Positions 22,608-31,279 of a stretch of 32,000 bases of DNA are shown piece after piece. Made by a program: the position numbers and the translations under genes. Every line of letters starts with the position of its first letter. Position 1 is the stretch's first letter. Under the pieces are notes generated by a model. It was given only the letters and a program-made list of their open reading frames with translations. It made no database searches and had not been told where the DNA came from. Source of the DNA: Promethearchaeota archaeon (lineage in GTDB: Archaea > Asgardarchaeota > Hermodarchaeia > Hermodarchaeales > Hermodarchaeaceae); contig JBHLMI010000016.1 in NCBI GenBank assembly GCA_048938295.1, positions 1 through 32,000 of the forward strand, read 5' to 3'.

Positions 22608-24040
22608 TCCTAATATTTAGTGGTCATTAATATTTTCCTAAGACACATTTATCAGAGTGAATATGTATCCGCACCTCCCTACAGACGTATAAAGGATAAT
22701 TTGCACTTCTTCTACAGAATGAATTCAATGACCATCACAAGAAGAACTCGTATCTTTCCTACGTCACAACAAGAACAGGTCTTATGGGCGCTATCCGAGA
22801 AATGTCGTCTCCTCTATAATTTCGCATTGGCAGAACGTAGACGAAATTGGGAGCTCAACCAAGAGAAACTACCTGACGAACGAACTTACATCACATATTC
22901 AAAACAACAAAACGACCTTCCTTCCATCAAAAAACGTTACCCCGGATATGCCTGGGTTTATTCAAAAGTTCTTCAAATGGTGTTACGACGTCTGGATGCC
23001 GATTATAGATCCTTCTTCGCTAGATGGAAAAAAGGTGATCAAAATGCTCACCCACCTCGCTTCAAAGGTAAGTACTATTTCACAACATTATGCTATAATC
23101 AATCGGGCTTCATAATAGATGTTGTAAACAAACAAATCCGGTTTTCTCATAATCATCCATCAGGCATGGAACTCACTTTCAATCTAGTTTGGCTGCCACA
23201 CCTTTCAGGAAAGGTTAAACAGGTTGAGATTTTCCAGGATCGGTCGTGTCGCTGGTTCGTTGCTATTGTTATTGACGAGAAAGTTCCTATGTATGATGAT
23301 AACAGATTATACCAAGCCATTGATTTAGGTATCATCAATTTAGTTACAACAGTCAACCTTCATGGTAAATTCGTTCAAGTTCGGAACCGCCGGGCAGACC
23401 TGTATTGGCGGAAAAAAATACGAGAAGTACAATCTAAACGCGATCATTGCAAACAATTCAGCAACAAATGGTATCGATATGATGTGAAATTAAAGAAGAT
23501 GAAACAAAGAATGGTCCATCAGCTTCGAGATTTCCAACACAAAACATCAAGTCGTTTGGTGAAAAATACTAAAGCGAATACGATTATCCTCGGTGATCTT
23601 AGAGTAAAAGATATGGTTCAAAAGCAAGTGCTTGGTAGCAATCGACAAACCAAAGCTAAAAAGACCCTTAACCATTCCACTCAGAACACAGGTTTTCTTG
23701 GGCGATTTGCCGAATTCTTGACCTACAAAGCTCAGCGAGTAGGTAAAAAAGTTGTAAGAATTGACGAATCGTATACTACACAAACTTGCTGTATCTGTAG
23801 AAAGGTGATGCGGCGACAATTATCCGACCGTCTTATTCAATGCGATTGTGGAAATACATTGGATCGAGATAAGAATGCAGCGGTCAACATTATGGTCCGA
23901 TTCCTATCGCAACAACCCCCTGTGAACGGGGAGCCATTACAGATTTTTTTGGATGGCTTGTATCGACACACAGCCCTATCCCTCTCTACTCGGGTAGAGG
24001 ACTCGATAGAAGCCCCTGTATGATTTACGGGGCAGTTCAC
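22608..24040 (+). mobile_element. Non-autonomous IS200/IS605-family (tnpB-only) element
   Basis: No tnpA is present. The right end is GCCCC(T)GTA-tgatt-TACGGGGC followed by AGTTCAC ending at 24040. The left end is uncertain and is placed just after TTTAC (22603-22607). Confidence 0.7.
22719..24023 (+). CDS. tnpB: RNA-guided endonuclease TnpB (IS200/IS605 family)
   Basis: HTH N-terminus (RIFPTSQQEQVL...CRLLYNFAL), RuvC-I AIDLG, Zn ribbon CCIC...CDC, RuvC-III DRDKNAAVNI. ATG at 22719 or 22728; the ORF track extends to GTG 22620. Confidence 0.95.
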   Translation: MNSMTITRRTRIFPTSQQEQVLWALSEKCRLLYNFALAERRRNWELNQEKLPDERTYITYSKQQNDLPSIKKRYPGYAWVYSKVLQMVLRRLDADYRSFFARWKKGDQNAHPPRFKGKYYFTTLCYNQSGFIIDVVNKQIRFSHNHPSGMELTFNLVWLPHLSGKVKQVEIFQDRSCRWFVAIVIDEKVPMYDDNRLYQAIDLGIINLVTTVNLHGKFVQVRNRRADLYWRKKIREVQSKRDHCKQFSNKWYRYDVKLKKMKQRMVHQLRDFQHKTSSRLVKNTKANTIILGDLRVKDMVQKQVLGSNRQTKAKKTLNHSTQNTGFLGRFAEFLTYKAQRVGKKVVRIDESYTTQTCCICRKVMRRQLSDRLIQCDCGNTLDRDKNAAVNIMVRFLSQQPPVNGEPLQIFLDGLYRHTALSLSTRVEDSIEAPV

Positions 24041-24060
24041 TCCTAACGGATACGCCAATT
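23850..24060 (+). ncRNA. Putative TnpB omega/reRNA (scaffold overlapping the tnpB 3' end, plus flank-derived guide)
   Basis: Inferred from established TnpB biology and the visible right-end hairpin. The 5' boundary is approximate; the guide would begin TCCTAACGGATACGCC at 24041. Confidence 0.4.
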
Positions 24061-24081
24061 CAAGACGATTAGTAGCCGGTA

Positions 24082-25482
24082 TCATTTCCGTTTCAGATGA
24101 GCTGGAATGATGTATTTGTCTGGGGCGGTTTCGATGGGTTGAAGATAGGGTTGAAGGGGTTTCGGGATTAGAATCCGTCCGTCTGGTTGGAGGTTATTCT
24201 CCAGCACAGCGGTTATGGATCGGGTGGTAGCAATCACTGTTGAGTTCAAGGTGTGTACGAAGCCCTTTGTTGGGTGTCCACGCGTTTTAGCGTAGCGAAT
24301 ATTGAGGCGATATGCTTGGTAATCAGTACAGTTGCTGCAGGATACGAATTCTCGATATCGCCCTTGAGAGGGCATCCAGAGCTCCAGATCATAGGTCTTG
24401 GACGCTACTCGACCGAAGTCTCCACTGGGTAAAATCACGATTCGAAATGGTATGCCTAGTGGTGCCCAGATTTCCTCTTCGATGGCAATCATTTTCTCAA
24501 TCCAATCCCAGGAATCGTTAGGAAGACAAAAAACGAACATTTCGACTTTGGAGAATTGGTGGACGCGGAATATTCCCTTGGTGTCTTTCCCATGGGCTCC
24601 GGCTTCCTTCCGGTAGCAGGGGCTATAACCAGCGAATTTGAGAGGGAGTTCATCGATTTCGAGGACTTCGTTCATATACTGGGCGGCAATCGGATGTTCA
24701 GAGGTGGCAATAAGATAGAGGTCCTGATCTTCGAGCTTGTACAGTGAGTCCTCAAAGGCACTGATATCTGTGACGCCGCTGTATGCTGCTTGGTTGAGTA
24801 AATGTGGGGGGATGAGTGGAGTAAATCCCCGTTTTGTAATGTTATCTAGGGCATAGAGTGCCAATCCAAGATCGAGCCAGACGATATCATCAATAAGATA
24901 GTAGAACCGGGATCCGGCGACCTTGGCTGCACGAGTCGTATCGATTAAACCGATCTCCTCTGAGATAACATAGTGGCTTTTCGGCAGGTCTTCAACGACT
25001 TCGTATTCGGGTTCCAAGCCCTGGGCAGCTGCGATGAATTGGTCTACATGATTGGTCCAAATCCGTGGTTTACCAATGTACTTCACAGGTTTCGCTTCTG
25101 TCTCATCCATGCCATCAGGAACAGAATCATGTACAATGTTGGCAATGCCCCAGAGTTTGTCCATCCGCTGCTTCTCAAGATCAGTAAGTTGTCTCTCTCC
25201 TGCCTCGACTTTCTTTGAGAGCTGTTTAGATTTTTTGATAAGGGCTTCTCGTTTGGTCTTATCTTTAGTTTTTCCAATTTCTTTGGCCACTTCATTTCGC
25301 TGGCGTTGGAACTCCGCAAGGTCCGATCGTGTTTTTCTCCACGTTTCATCTAGTTTGATAGCTTCATCAACGATGGCAGGATCGAGTCCTCGACGTCGTT
25401 GAGACCTTCGAAGTATTTCAGGGTCTTCACGCACAGCTGTAAGTATAGACCACGTACTCAATTTCTTCTCCTCGGGGAGCAC
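24082..25482 (-). CDS. serS: Seryl-tRNA synthetase
   Basis: N-terminal coiled-coil arm, LIATSEHP, YRKEAGAHGKDTKGIFRVHQFSKVE, EFVSCSNCTDYQ, HTLNST. Confidence 0.95.
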   Translation of the reverse strand: MLPEEKKLSTWSILTAVREDPEILRRSQRRRGLDPAIVDEAIKLDETWRKTRSDLAEFQRQRNEVAKEIGKTKDKTKREALIKKSKQLSKKVEAGERQLTDLEKQRMDKLWGIANIVHDSVPDGMDETEAKPVKYIGKPRIWTNHVDQFIAAAQGLEPEYEVVEDLPKSHYVISEEIGLIDTTRAAKVAGSRFYYLIDDIVWLDLGLALYALDNITKRGFTPLIPPHLLNQAAYSGVTDISAFEDSLYKLEDQDLYLIATSEHPIAAQYMNEVLEIDELPLKFAGYSPCYRKEAGAHGKDTKGIFRVHQFSKVEMFVFCLPNDSWDWIEKMIAIEEEIWAPLGIPFRIVILPSGDFGRVASKTYDLELWMPSQGRYREFVSCSNCTDYQAYRLNIRYAKTRGHPTKGFVHTLNSTVIATTRSITAVLENNLQPDGRILIPKPLQPYLQPIETAPDKYIIPAHLKRK

Positions 25483-25558
25483 TCACTATTTTGCGATTAA
25501 AAAACCTTCCCTCCGCTCTCAACCCATTTGTTGTTTTCCTTTTGGAGTCGCTTGGGTT

Positions 25559-26767
25559 CTAGAATACTTCAGCTCGACGAGCGATAATGATGCACAATAC
25601 GATTACTACGACTACTACGACTACAGCGACAATCCACCATGGAAAGACAAAAAGGTCGGGTCCCACTGGCAGGAGAAGTTGGTCAAGTTGGTCGAGTAGG
25701 GCTAGAGTGGAAACTGCGAAATTTGTTTGGGTGGCAGTTCCATTTGTTCCGCTAATATCGTTGAAGCCACCGTCAAGAGTCTGTTTGCTAAGTATCCATG
25801 CTGTGATATCCTCTGTAACTAGCTGACTGTCTGCGCTGAGGATTTGTAGACTAGCTACCGCATAAAAGGTTGCTAGAAGGGTAGCAACAGGGTTGTCTGG
25901 CGTATAACTGAAGCCCCCTTGGTATTGAGGATAATTCATATCATCGCGATAATGGGGAAGAATGTAATCAATCGCTGCTTGTTCATCGATTATTGATAGG
26001 GCTCCGAGTATTTGGAGACTACGCAGGGCCATGTAAGTTGTTTGCAAGTCTGCTACTGTAGAGTTCCGTCCGTTAGCAAATCCTCCATAGCTGGGCGAAA
26101 GCGGATCTGATAGAAGCTGGCTGGAATTCAGCCAGTCAATTGCTAAGGAGGTATTCATTTGCGAAATCGCATTGTACACGTCAAGAATTTGAATCGCAGA
26201 ATAGGTGGCCGACACCGTAGCAGAGATATTAGCCCAATCCATGAACCCGCCAACCGTGTCAGGATACAAAGTGGCGTTAGTGTGTTGTAGGTTGATAGTG
26301 AAATCTATGAGAATAGTGAAATCAATATTATCTGTATGATTAAGGAGATCGAGCGTCTGGGCTCCAAAGGCACTTGCCGAGAGCGTTGCATTCGGGTAGC
26401 CATAATACGGTGGGAATCCCCCATAGCTTGGATCTGAAGACATTTCATCGACTTGAAGTTCGGTAACCCATTCTGTCATGTTCTCAATTAAGACCCGATC
26501 CGGAGTAAGGAGGTCCGCCGCGATCCAGGCATCAAGGGTATCAAAGACGTTAGCGATGGCAAAGGTATTAGATATTGTGGGAAGTGGTTCGCCTGGTCGC
26601 AAAACTGCACCACCAGAGCCGTCTAAACAAGTCACGGAGAAGGCAATGATAACATCCTGTCGAGAGGGCGCGGCTAAGGCAGTCAGAGGGCTAGCCAATA
26701 CAAGGAGAATGAGCCCAAGAATCAAGGTGTTAGTGAACCTACGCAAGCAATGGTCCTCCAAATTCAC
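25559..26767 (-). CDS. Exported, C-terminally anchored protein with prenyltransferase/squalene-oxidase-like repeats
   Basis: Signal-peptide-like N-terminus; repeated YGGF/VGGF/QGGF/QTLDGGF motifs, each followed by a helix; C-terminal TM (WWIVAVVVVVVVIVLCIII) and RR stop-transfer. Confidence 0.75.
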   Translation of the reverse strand: MNLEDHCLRRFTNTLILGLILLVLASPLTALAAPSRQDVIIAFSVTCLDGSGGAVLRPGEPLPTISNTFAIANVFDTLDAWIAADLLTPDRVLIENMTEWVTELQVDEMSSDPSYGGFPPYYGYPNATLSASAFGAQTLDLLNHTDNIDFTILIDFTINLQHTNATLYPDTVGGFMDWANISATVSATYSAIQILDVYNAISQMNTSLAIDWLNSSQLLSDPLSPSYGGFANGRNSTVADLQTTYMALRSLQILGALSIIDEQAAIDYILPHYRDDMNYPQYQGGFSYTPDNPVATLLATFYAVASLQILSADSQLVTEDITAWILSKQTLDGGFNDISGTNGTATQTNFAVSTLALLDQLDQLLLPVGPDLFVFPWWIVAVVVVVVVIVLCIIIARRAEVF

Positions 26768-26820
26768 GTGTACCGACGTTCACGGCAAAATATACCTTAA
26801 AACCTTGTGGTCAGCGACAA

Positions 26821-27744
26821 TTATTGAATAGGTCTGACCATAAGCCAATGGGTAACAGCTTTTACTGCATCACCACAAGCTCTTACAATCTGTCGGGGTT
26901 CACCAGTTATATCCCCTACGGCATAGACACCTTTAATGTTCGTTTGCTGATTTGCATCCACTATGATATTTCCTTTATCGTCAAGATTTACTCCTACTGA
27001 TTCACAAAATGAGCTGTTAGGAGTGCAACCGACGGCAATAAACACACCATCAGCTTCCAGGGTCCATTCCTTGTCGGTTTTCTTGTTACGTAATTTCACC
27101 CCTGTGACCCCTTCCTCCCCTAAAACTTCTAGCAGAATGGTGTCCCAAAGGATTTCAACATTAGACATCGCTTTCAGTCGATCTGCATAGGTTTTTTCTG
27201 CTCGGAGTTGATCCCGGCGATGCACTATATACACTTTTTCAACGATATTAGCTAGAAAGAGGGCATCCATTGCAGCGGTATTTCCTCCACCCACAACAAC
27301 CACGCATTTTCCACGATAGAGGGGGCCATCACAGGTGGCACAATAACTGATCCCACGTCCGTGATATTCAGTTTCGCCCGGTACACCTAGTTCCATATCA
27401 CAAGCTCCCATCGCCAATACCACAGCCGGAGCGTGGAATTCTTCCCCATCTGCAGTGACCACCACTTTTGTTGGTTTCGAAAATCGGAATTCCTGTGCTG
27501 CAGTCATCTCCCGGATTTCTACTCCCGCGTTTTCCGCTTGGGTTTTCATTTTCGTGGCCAAAGCGCCTCCACTGATCTTCTCAAAGCCCGGGTAGTTTTC
27601 GATTTCCCAGGCATTCATCATTCGGCCACCACAAATCCCCGTTTCCAAAATTATTGCATTCAAGCCCATTCGTGCGGCGTATAAGCCTGCAGTCATACCG
27701 GCAGGTCCACAGCCAACGATTATGAGGTCACGCTTCTCTGCCAT
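26821..27744 (-). CDS. trxB: Thioredoxin-disulfide reductase
   Basis: GCGPAG FAD motif, ENYPG, SYCATCDG active site, GGGNTA NADPH motif, HRRD, AVGD. Confidence 0.95.
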   Translation of the reverse strand: MAEKRDLIIVGCGPAGMTAGLYAARMGLNAIILETGICGGRMMNAWEIENYPGFEKISGGALATKMKTQAENAGVEIREMTAAQEFRFSKPTKVVVTADGEEFHAPAVVLAMGACDMELGVPGETEYHGRGISYCATCDGPLYRGKCVVVVGGGNTAAMDALFLANIVEKVYIVHRRDQLRAEKTYADRLKAMSNVEILWDTILLEVLGEEGVTGVKLRNKKTDKEWTLEADGVFIAVGCTPNSSFCESVGVNLDDKGNIIVDANQQTNIKGVYAVGDITGEPRQIVRACGDAVKAVTHWLMVRPIQ

Positions 27745-27836
27745 TACTTAACTCGCCTCATTTCCGCCTTCACAGTGTGTCCGCTATATGTAGATTTTGG
27801 CTTTGTACATCATGCTCTCCAAAACATGAAGAGCAG

Positions 27837-28454
27837 TTACAGTTCTTGGGCCTTCCCTTGAGCAACTTCTTCAAGTTTTTCGACTGCTTCCTTATAACCG
27901 CCAGCATAGATGATGTCGCCAGGAAGAAGTTTGAATCGTCCATGTGGATCATAGGTCCACTGGTCTTTGCGCTTCACGACGAAGATCCGTGTGCCATGGT
28001 CCTCCAATCGGAGCTGTCCTAGGGTTTTGTTGGCAAGGATGGATTTGGCATCAACAATCTGACGGCTGACCCTTTCATCAGCGTCTTTCAATGCCAGGCG
28101 CATGAGAGGATGGACATCGACGCCACGAAGCACAATTTCCGCCATTTGTGCGGCAGCATCTACGAGGTTTTCAGCTGCAACGCCAAGCCTGATGAGGCCC
28201 AGTCGGCGTTTCTCTTCTCCCTCTTCGAGCTCCATGCGTAAAACTTCAAGTTCAAATTCAGTATGAAAGCCATCGAAGGTTTCTTCTAATTCAAAGATGT
28301 CTTCGGCTATGTCTTTATTATTAGTTAGCAACGCAGTATAAGCTAGGCTTATGAGAAGCTCAGAGGTATCCTTCAATTGGATAAGCATTGTGAGAATACG
28401 TTCCCCTGGCGTCTGTTCTCCAGTAGGGGTTTTAAGCAATCTTTTCAAGCTCAC
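27837..28454 (-). CDS. PhoU-like + TrkA-C domain protein (COG3273-like), paralogue B
   Basis: LKDTSELLISLAYTALL...AAENLVDAA helical bundle followed by an RCK_C-like domain (SILANKTLGQL...IFVVKR...GD). Confidence 0.8.
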   Translation of the reverse strand: MSLKRLLKTPTGEQTPGERILTMLIQLKDTSELLISLAYTALLTNNKDIAEDIFELEETFDGFHTEFELEVLRMELEEGEEKRRLGLIRLGVAAENLVDAAAQMAEIVLRGVDVHPLMRLALKDADERVSRQIVDAKSILANKTLGQLRLEDHGTRIFVVKRKDQWTYDPHGRFKLLPGDIIYAGGYKEAVEKLEEVAQGKAQEL

Positions 28455-29040
28455 CAGAGGCTAACTCCTGCAGTTTCTTTATACTATCAGCTGAACCCCG
28501 AGCGATGACTCGATCGCCTTTTTGCAATTCAAAAGTTTCAGATGGGTCGATTGTCCATTTTCTCTTTCGTTGAATTGCAATGATATCAGCGCCAATTTCT
28601 TCTTCGAGATTGATATCAGCTAGAGTCTTCTCTACCAGCATTGATTTTTTCAGAATGGTTGCCCGTCCAACAATTTCGTCAGCTTGACTCATCGCGAGCC
28701 ATAATATTCCCGGTATGCCAATATCATGCAGGACGAGTCCAGCGATGTCTGCAGCGGCGTCACTGATTTTGTTTGCAGATGAAGCTGTTTTCATGATACT
28801 GACGATTTGTTCGGCGTCTTTTTTGTCACGAACGGCCAGCGATGCGTTCATGAGTAATAGGTAGCCAAGGTAATCGACACGTTCTTCCATATCCATGACT
28901 TCTTCAGCTAAATCGCGGTCATTGAACATGACCGCTGAGTAAGCCAGGTCAATCATTAACTCACTGAGGTCTTTCATTTCTACTAGTAATTCACGGACTG
29001 GGATGGGTTGATACTCGACTTCGTGAAGTTCCTCTTGCAT
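28432..29040 (-). CDS. PhoU-like + TrkA-C domain protein (COG3273-like), paralogue A
   Basis: VRELLVEMKDLSELMIDLAYSAV...ANKISDAAADIA followed by RCK_C (IGADIIAIQR...GDRVIARG). Confidence 0.85.
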   Translation of the reverse strand: MQEELHEVEYQPIPVRELLVEMKDLSELMIDLAYSAVMFNDRDLAEEVMDMEERVDYLGYLLLMNASLAVRDKKDAEQIVSIMKTASSANKISDAAADIAGLVLHDIGIPGILWLAMSQADEIVGRATILKKSMLVEKTLADINLEEEIGADIIAIQRKRKWTIDPSETFELQKGDRVIARGSADSIKKLQELASGELEKIA

Positions 29041-29188
29041 AACGGTGTCACGAGCTCCCAGAAAAAATGGAGATCCAATATTCCAATACCTTATCTGCAG
29101 AAAACACGCTTTTCAGTCTTTCGAGTTATCCAATGATGCGAAGAAACTTAATAGGCACACCTCCACAGGAATGTAATCAAACTAGAGT

Positions 29189-29860
29189 GTGGTTACGATG
29201 GTCGTCGGACGCATCAAAGAACAATTCAAGCGTGCTTTTTCACCAGTTGCACGTATCATTGCAAAGTCACGCGTCCCCCCCAATGCACTCACTCTCTTAG
29301 GACCAGTTATTGCTAGCTTTGCCGCTTGGATGTATATTCAACAGCAACTGGCACTGGCACTTCTACTTCTATTGCTTTCAGGTTTTGTGGATGCCCTTGA
29401 TGGTGCCGTGGCTCGGGAGATGGGGAAGACATCAGCATTTGGCGGAGTGCTAGACAGCATCTGCGATCGTTATAGCGATGCCATTGTCCTCTTTGGGATA
29501 ATTCTTGGTGGCTGGGTCTCCACTCTTTGGGGTATCGTTGCTATTGTTGGGAGCCTGCTGGTCAGCTATGTTCGGGCACGCGCAGAAGCCGCAAGGGTTA
29601 CCCAACTGGGTATAGGAATTGCAGAACGTCCTGAACGCTTAATCATTCTAATGGTTGTAACCCTCTTACAGTATCTTACCGTAATTGGTGTCCTCTTTGC
29701 CCCACCGATTTTCTTCGGTCTCGAGAACTGGATAGCTTATGGTGTTGTGCTTGTAGCCATCCTTGCCCATGTCACAGTGATTCAACGCGCAATTTCTGCC
29801 TACCGTGTACTTTCTAGGATGGAGTCAGAGTCCGAGCAAGCAAATCAAGAAAAAGCCTAG
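29189..29860 (+). CDS. CDP-alcohol phosphatidyltransferase, probably archaetidylinositol phosphate synthase
   Basis: PNALT, DALDGAVAR...FGGVLDSICDRYSD signature, SLLVSYVRARAE, ERPER. Confidence 0.85.
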   Translation: MVTMVVGRIKEQFKRAFSPVARIIAKSRVPPNALTLLGPVIASFAAWMYIQQQLALALLLLLLSGFVDALDGAVAREMGKTSAFGGVLDSICDRYSDAIVLFGIILGGWVSTLWGIVAIVGSLLVSYVRARAEAARVTQLGIGIAERPERLIILMVVTLLQYLTVIGVLFAPPIFFGLENWIAYGVVLVAILAHVTVIQRAISAYRVLSRMESESEQANQEKA

Positions 29861-30203
29861 CCTGATTGAGGGTTTTTCGGCCCAGGTCGGTAATCCGATA
29901 ATATTTCCGAGGTGGTCGGCGTCCTTCTTTTCTTTCCTCACTGAGCTCCACTAATCCATCACGTTGGAGTTTATGTAAGAGCACATACGCTGTAACTGAA
30001 GCCATTTTCACTCCAAACCGTTCTTTGACAATTCCTTGCACCTCATATCCGAAGTAATCCCTCTCTTCCAACAGGGTCAAGACATACAGCCAGAGATTGT
30101 CTTTAGTCGTCCGAGAAACTAACCGTCGCATAGCTTTCGTTTGATGGTTTGAATACTTGTCCAGAGCCTGAACAAACTCGGAATTATCGGTCATGACGTC
30201 CAC
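29814..30203 (-). CDS. PadR-family transcriptional regulator
   Basis: YFGYEV...TAYVLLHKLQRDGLV...RKYYRITDLGR winged-helix pattern. Confidence 0.85.
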   Translation of the reverse strand: MDVMTDNSEFVQALDKYSNHQTKAMRRLVSRTTKDNLWLYVLTLLEERDYFGYEVQGIVKERFGVKMASVTAYVLLHKLQRDGLVELSEERKEGRRPPRKYYRITDLGRKTLNQARLFLDLLARTLTPS

Positions 30204-30216
30204 GTCTTTAGTCTCA

Positions 30217-30828
30217 TTATGTTCCTTCTCGTCGAAGCAGATCGAGTAGAAATAAACTAATCACCTGGCTTCCCAAAAGGCTTCTCGTTCCAATGCTAAC
30301 TTCTTGGACTACCTTCGCTCTGACCTCTTTTTCATGAGCTGGGGAAAGCCCCTGGTCATCGCCTAAAATCACTACGATTGGCTCATTCAACCTCAACTTT
30401 ACTTGCTCTAGCGGCTGACCGGTTTCCACTAAATACAGAACCTGTTTTTTATCTTGGATAACATCCTCAAGGGTTTGCCCAAAGTCTTGGGGTGTGATTG
30501 TAAATTGGGGCCAATTCGGATCCTGTGAAACAGATTGGGATCGATATCGATAAAGCAAGCCTTTCAAAATGAGCGCGCATTCAAGTTCACTCTCAGGGAA
30601 ATCTTCCGGGTTTACATTCGTGACTTGGAGTCGAAGTGGTGGGTTTGGAGGGCCTCCAAAAATAGCATCAAGTTGAATGGCAGATGAGAACGTCGGAACT
30701 GTCCGATACGCAGATACGAGAATCCGGCAGATAACATCCAGTCGCCCACTTGTTCCTGGTACATCCCGTATCAGAAACTCGTCTGAGGTGCGTACCCGCA
30801 AAGCGTCTACAATGATGTACAGGTCCAA
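30217..30828 (-). CDS. trmY: SPOUT methyltransferase, tRNA pseudouridine(54)-N1 methyltransferase-like
   Basis: DVPGTSGRLDVICR, YLVETG, ILGDDQGL, SIGTRSL knot motifs; divergent. Confidence 0.75.
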   Translation of the reverse strand: MDLYIIVDALRVRTSDEFLIRDVPGTSGRLDVICRILVSAYRTVPTFSSAIQLDAIFGGPPNPPLRLQVTNVNPEDFPESELECALILKGLLYRYRSQSVSQDPNWPQFTITPQDFGQTLEDVIQDKKQVLYLVETGQPLEQVKLRLNEPIVVILGDDQGLSPAHEKEVRAKVVQEVSIGTRSLLGSQVISLFLLDLLRREGT

Positions 30829-30885
30829 AATCTGCCACTCCAGCGACTAGCCCTCTGCTGTAAGGAGAACCTGCTTTATTGCCGG

Positions 30886-31161
30886 TTACTTTCCTTTTCG
30901 ATCTTTGCGACTCCGGATGGTTACAACTCCACTATGCACGGCGCAACTGATACAATACCACTTGGTGGTCTGTCGCGCAGGAATGAAGGTGCCTGCACGC
31001 CGTAGTTCTCGCGCCATCTGTGGGTCGACAAAAGAAGTACGTGAGGTTCGTTTTTTTGCTTTATCTCGAGGGACTATTTTTCCACACTTAGTACACTGAA
31101 CTGTGGCTCCACGGCCTGTCGCACCTTTGCTGCGACCGCCACTTTTCCGTTTAGATGGCAA
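30886..31161 (-). CDS. rps26e: 30S ribosomal protein S26e
   Basis: PSKRKSGGRSKG, VQCTKCGKIVPRDKAKK, YCISCAVHSGVV. TTG at 31161 chosen; the ORF track extends to 31221. Confidence 0.95.
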   Translation of the reverse strand: MPSKRKSGGRSKGATGRGATVQCTKCGKIVPRDKAKKRTSRTSFVDPQMARELRRAGTFIPARQTTKWYCISCAVHSGVVTIRSRKDRKGK

Positions 31162-31279
31162 TATGCGATCATCTCGAAGATTCACAGCGGGTGTTGTCAG
31201 CCTTCCTGTAAGCTGAGTCAACGACCGCTTGAGTGGAGCATGTATCCTTGATTGAAAAACTTTGTGCTCTCACACGCAT

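Noticed and set aside
22620-22718. 33-codon N-terminal extension of TnpB
   Set aside because: It covers the probable left-end/promoter region; the HTH homology begins after the ATGs at 22719 and 22728.
25595-25635. Short (ACT/ACG)n tandem repeat
   Set aside because: It simply encodes the poly-Val transmembrane anchor on the minus strand.
25559-26767. Protein farnesyl/geranylgeranyltransferase beta subunit
   Set aside because: The export signal, C-terminal anchor and many sequons conflict with a cytoplasmic enzyme, and I could not identify the Zn-ligand motif.
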